A DNA stretch of 64,000 nucleotides from Dysosmobacter segnis (GTDB lineage: Bacteria > Actinomycetota > Actinomycetes > Actinomycetales > Bifidobacteriaceae), in the NCBI GenBank assembly GCA_963590945.1, contig CAVAQZ010000001.1, forward strand, positions 23,220-87,219. The letters run 5' to 3'. The stretch's first letter is position 1; every line of letters starts with the position of its first letter. Shown one piece after another: positions 61,477 through 64,000 of this stretch. Made by a program: the position numbers and the translations under genes. The notes beneath the pieces are model-generated. The model saw only the letters and a list, made by a program, of their open reading frames with translations. It did not search any database and was not told where the DNA came from.

Positions 61477-62130
61477 TCACCACTCCTGCGGAGTGTAGTT
61501 CCAGTTCGGGAAGGTGACCTCGAGCGGCTCGGTCCAGAACTTGCCGGTGACGCCGGTCTCCGGATCGACGTGGAGCATCCAGCCCTTCTTTTCCGGGGAT
61601 TCGATCGACAGCACCAGCTTGTAGGAGCCGGCCTGGTCCAGCTTGATGTTGGCGCCGTAGTGCGGGCCGTCGGAGGCGTTCATCTGCATGAAGGTGCCGG
61701 AGCCGACGGATTCGTTGGTGGAGTTGTCGATGATGTCGTAGTTCACGGTCAGGTCCGGAACGAAGTCGCCCTTGCCGTAACCGAGCTCGGTGCCCTTCTG
61801 GTTGGCGTGGATGTCGGCTTCCAGATGGAAGCTGGCGTCGGCGGCCTTCAGACCCATGCCGGACGGTTCCATGTCGATCGGCTGGAAGTACACGGCGTTG
61901 ACGGTCAGCGGGCCGACTTCCTGATCGGAGTTGTCTTCGTCAACCTGAATTTCCTCGAAACCGGCGGAATCGTCGGAGGAATCCGAAGAATCGCTGGAAT
62001 CGGTGGTGGAGGTGTCCGTGGAGCTCGTGTCGGAGCTGGAGGAGCTGCCGGTGCCGCAGGCGGACAGGGAGAATGCCATGGAGCCAGCCAGCAGAAGGCC
62101 GAGCAAAGCGGCGATTTTCTTGTTCTTCAT
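61477..62130 (-). CDS. P19/FetP-type iron-binding lipoprotein
   Basis: LSAC lipobox; AVYFQPIDMEP, HLEADIHA, MNASDGPHYG. Confidence 0.92.
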   Translation of the reverse strand: MKNKKIAALLGLLLAGSMAFSLSACGTGSSSSSDTSSTDTSTTDSSDSSDSSDDSAGFEEIQVDEDNSDQEVGPLTVNAVYFQPIDMEPSGMGLKAADASFHLEADIHANQKGTELGYGKGDFVPDLTVNYDIIDNSTNESVGSGTFMQMNASDGPHYGANIKLDQAGSYKLVLSIESPEKKGWMLHVDPETGVTGKFWTEPLEVTFPNWNYTPQEW

Positions 62131-62141
62131 TTTCTCTTCCT

Positions 62142-63935
62142 TTATTGTTGTGGTTCCGTATTGGAAATTTCGGAAATCTTCATTTTGCGCTTCTTGGCGA
62201 AGCCGATTGCGAACAGCGCGATCACGGCGACCGCGGCAAGCGCTTGTGCGGCAAGGCATTCGACGTACGGGTACAGGCCGATCCAATCATTGGTCGGCAC
62301 GGAGCTCAGATAGTGTCCTTCCACAAGGTCTCCTTCGATGAGCGCATGCACGCCGCCGCCGGCGAACACCACCACCAGCACGGCCATCAGAATCGAGGTG
62401 ACGAGGAAGAACGGGCCGATCGGAATCTTCACCGAAGTGAATCGCAGGATCAGGAAGATGACCAGCAACACGGCCGCGGCCGCAAGACCGCCGATCCACA
62501 TGCCGCGCGAATCCTGGCTCATGGAATAGATGGACTCGTAGAAGATGACCGTTTCGGCACCTTCGCGGAACACCGCGAGGAAGCTCAGCATGGCGAGCGA
62601 GACGACCATGCCGACGCCCACGCTTTCGCCGGATTCCACCTTGCTTTGCGCGTTGGCCACGGCGGACTCGGTTTTGTTGCGGATGTAGCGGTTCCAGGCT
62701 TCCACGGAGCTTTTGTTGAGCATCCAGTTGCTGGTCCACAGCAGCATGCACATGGCGATCAGCGCGCATACGCCTTCGGAGATCTCCTGAATCGGGCCGG
62801 AGCCGCCGAACAGGAACGTGAAGAGCACGGCGATCAGACCGGAAGCGGCAAGGCCGACCAGCACGCCCAAGTAGATGTATTTGGTGAAACGCTTGTTTCC
62901 GGATTTGACCAGGTAGGCGATCACCGCGGCCACCACGAGCAGCGCTTCGAGACCCTCACGGATCAGAATGAGGAACGCCTGGCCTACGGAGCTGGTGATG
63001 AACTTGGTGAAGCCGTTGACGTTGCTCGCGGCGCCGCCGTCGAGGGTGGCGGCGTCTTCGGTGAGCCAGCTCTTCAAATCGTCGACCAGCTGCTTGATCT
63101 CCTTCTGGGAGCCTCCGTCACGCATGGTTTTACGGGTCATTTTGAACTGGTATTCCACTTGGGAGACACGGCTGCCGGAGATCGCGTTCATCACGTTCTT
63201 CTCGAAGCCGAGCTTCTCGTAGTACTGGTAGTACGCGGTGTTCACCAGGCTGGAGCCCTCCGAGCCCTTGCCCGACACCGCGGCGTCGTAGGCCTGGTCG
63301 AGGATCTCGTTCATTTCAACGGCGACGTCGCTCCAGGTGCGGTCGCCCTTGCCTTTGGAGGAGTTCTTCTTGGCGGCGTCGAGTTCCTTGCGTTCCGCGG
63401 CGGTCTGCGCGGCACGCTGCTTGGCGTATTCCTTGGGAGCGGCAAGGTCCGCGTTGGCGTCGAGCGTCTGCGCGGTTTCGTTGAGATCCGCGGTCAACGC
63501 GTCGACTTTGGATGCGATTTCGCTTCCCTGATCCTGCTGGTAGGCAAGCGTTTCGAGATCGGTGAACTCCTTGAGCAGCGCGGTCTGCTTCTCGGCGGAG
63601 ATGGTGTCGTTGACCACTTTGGAAAAGTTCGAGGCGTCGTAGCCGATCCAATGAGCGTTCTGGAAGTCGGTGCCGGCCTGGTAATAGTTGCCGTCCCCGT
63701 ATTCCTGCTCGGCGGTGGCGAGCTGCCGTTCGATGTTGGCGGCGGCTTCGGCCCATGATGCGAAGTTCGTCTGGGAATCGTCGGCGGCGATGGCCCGCTG
63801 CGGGGTCACCGTACCCACGAACAGCGTTGCCAGCGCGATCATCATCGCTGCGATGAATGCAACGAGACGCCCCGAAACGAATCCGTATTCCGAATCCATG
63901 GAGCATCGCTGACGACGCGAGACACAAGATGACAC
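62142..63935 (-). CDS. FTR1-family iron permease
   Basis: Two REGxE motifs (REGLE, REGAE), extracytoplasmic N-terminal domain; GTG start after GAAGGA. Confidence 0.92.
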   Translation of the reverse strand: MSSCVSRRQRCSMDSEYGFVSGRLVAFIAAMMIALATLFVGTVTPQRAIAADDSQTNFASWAEAAANIERQLATAEQEYGDGNYYQAGTDFQNAHWIGYDASNFSKVVNDTISAEKQTALLKEFTDLETLAYQQDQGSEIASKVDALTADLNETAQTLDANADLAAPKEYAKQRAAQTAAERKELDAAKKNSSKGKGDRTWSDVAVEMNEILDQAYDAAVSGKGSEGSSLVNTAYYQYYEKLGFEKNVMNAISGSRVSQVEYQFKMTRKTMRDGGSQKEIKQLVDDLKSWLTEDAATLDGGAASNVNGFTKFITSSVGQAFLILIREGLEALLVVAAVIAYLVKSGNKRFTKYIYLGVLVGLAASGLIAVLFTFLFGGSGPIQEISEGVCALIAMCMLLWTSNWMLNKSSVEAWNRYIRNKTESAVANAQSKVESGESVGVGMVVSLAMLSFLAVFREGAETVIFYESIYSMSQDSRGMWIGGLAAAAVLLVIFLILRFTSVKIPIGPFFLVTSILMAVLVVVFAGGGVHALIEGDLVEGHYLSSVPTNDWIGLYPYVECLAAQALAAVAVIALFAIGFAKKRKMKISEISNTEPQQ

Positions 63936-64000
63936 GAGACCAATTCCTTCTCTCCGACGGCCGGGCCGGCCGTTCCGAACCCTGGTTCCAGTGCGCCGCC

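Overview
High-GC actinobacterial chromosome segment. Gene content and order point strongly to a Bifidobacterium; the species cannot be determined here. Left to right: asd converging on a split aspartokinase (askA/askB); recR-dnaX; TetR plus a membrane protein; a DAG-kinase-family gene; a Tad/Flp pilus operon; ppk-NUDIX-hypothetical; upp; GDPD; a sortase-dependent pilus cluster with a ~2000-aa fibro-slime-domain adhesin; ABC1 kinase plus a phasin-like gene; dnaB-murT-gatD; ftsY-amtB-glnK-glnD; TetR; GT2; tRNA-Lys; an orphan NrdH-like gene; three membrane/secreted proteins; two YhgE/Pip paralogues plus TetR; and an FTR1/P19-type iron uptake operon. No CRISPR array, transposase or prophage was seen. 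The most interesting signals are non-coding. (1) A promoter-to-terminator ~170-nt long-hairpin RNA sits directly upstream of the ssd/tad operon, the syntenic position of the actinobacterial RNAP-binding Ms1 RNA. (2) A ~56-bp element with two perfect DnaA boxes is duplicated in front of both tadZ and flp, next to a G-quadruplex-type (GGGTTATA)4 repeat. (3) A dense cluster of ~12 DnaA boxes lies upstream of dnaB-murT-gatD. (4) An ~87-nt four-way-junction RNA lies between a conserved hypothetical gene and upp. (5) askA and askB are joined by an in-frame, stop-free spacer containing a hairpin. (6) The NrdH paralogue carries LexA and NrdR boxes but lacks its nucleophilic cysteine. All product calls come from motif recognition by eye; no database searches were run.
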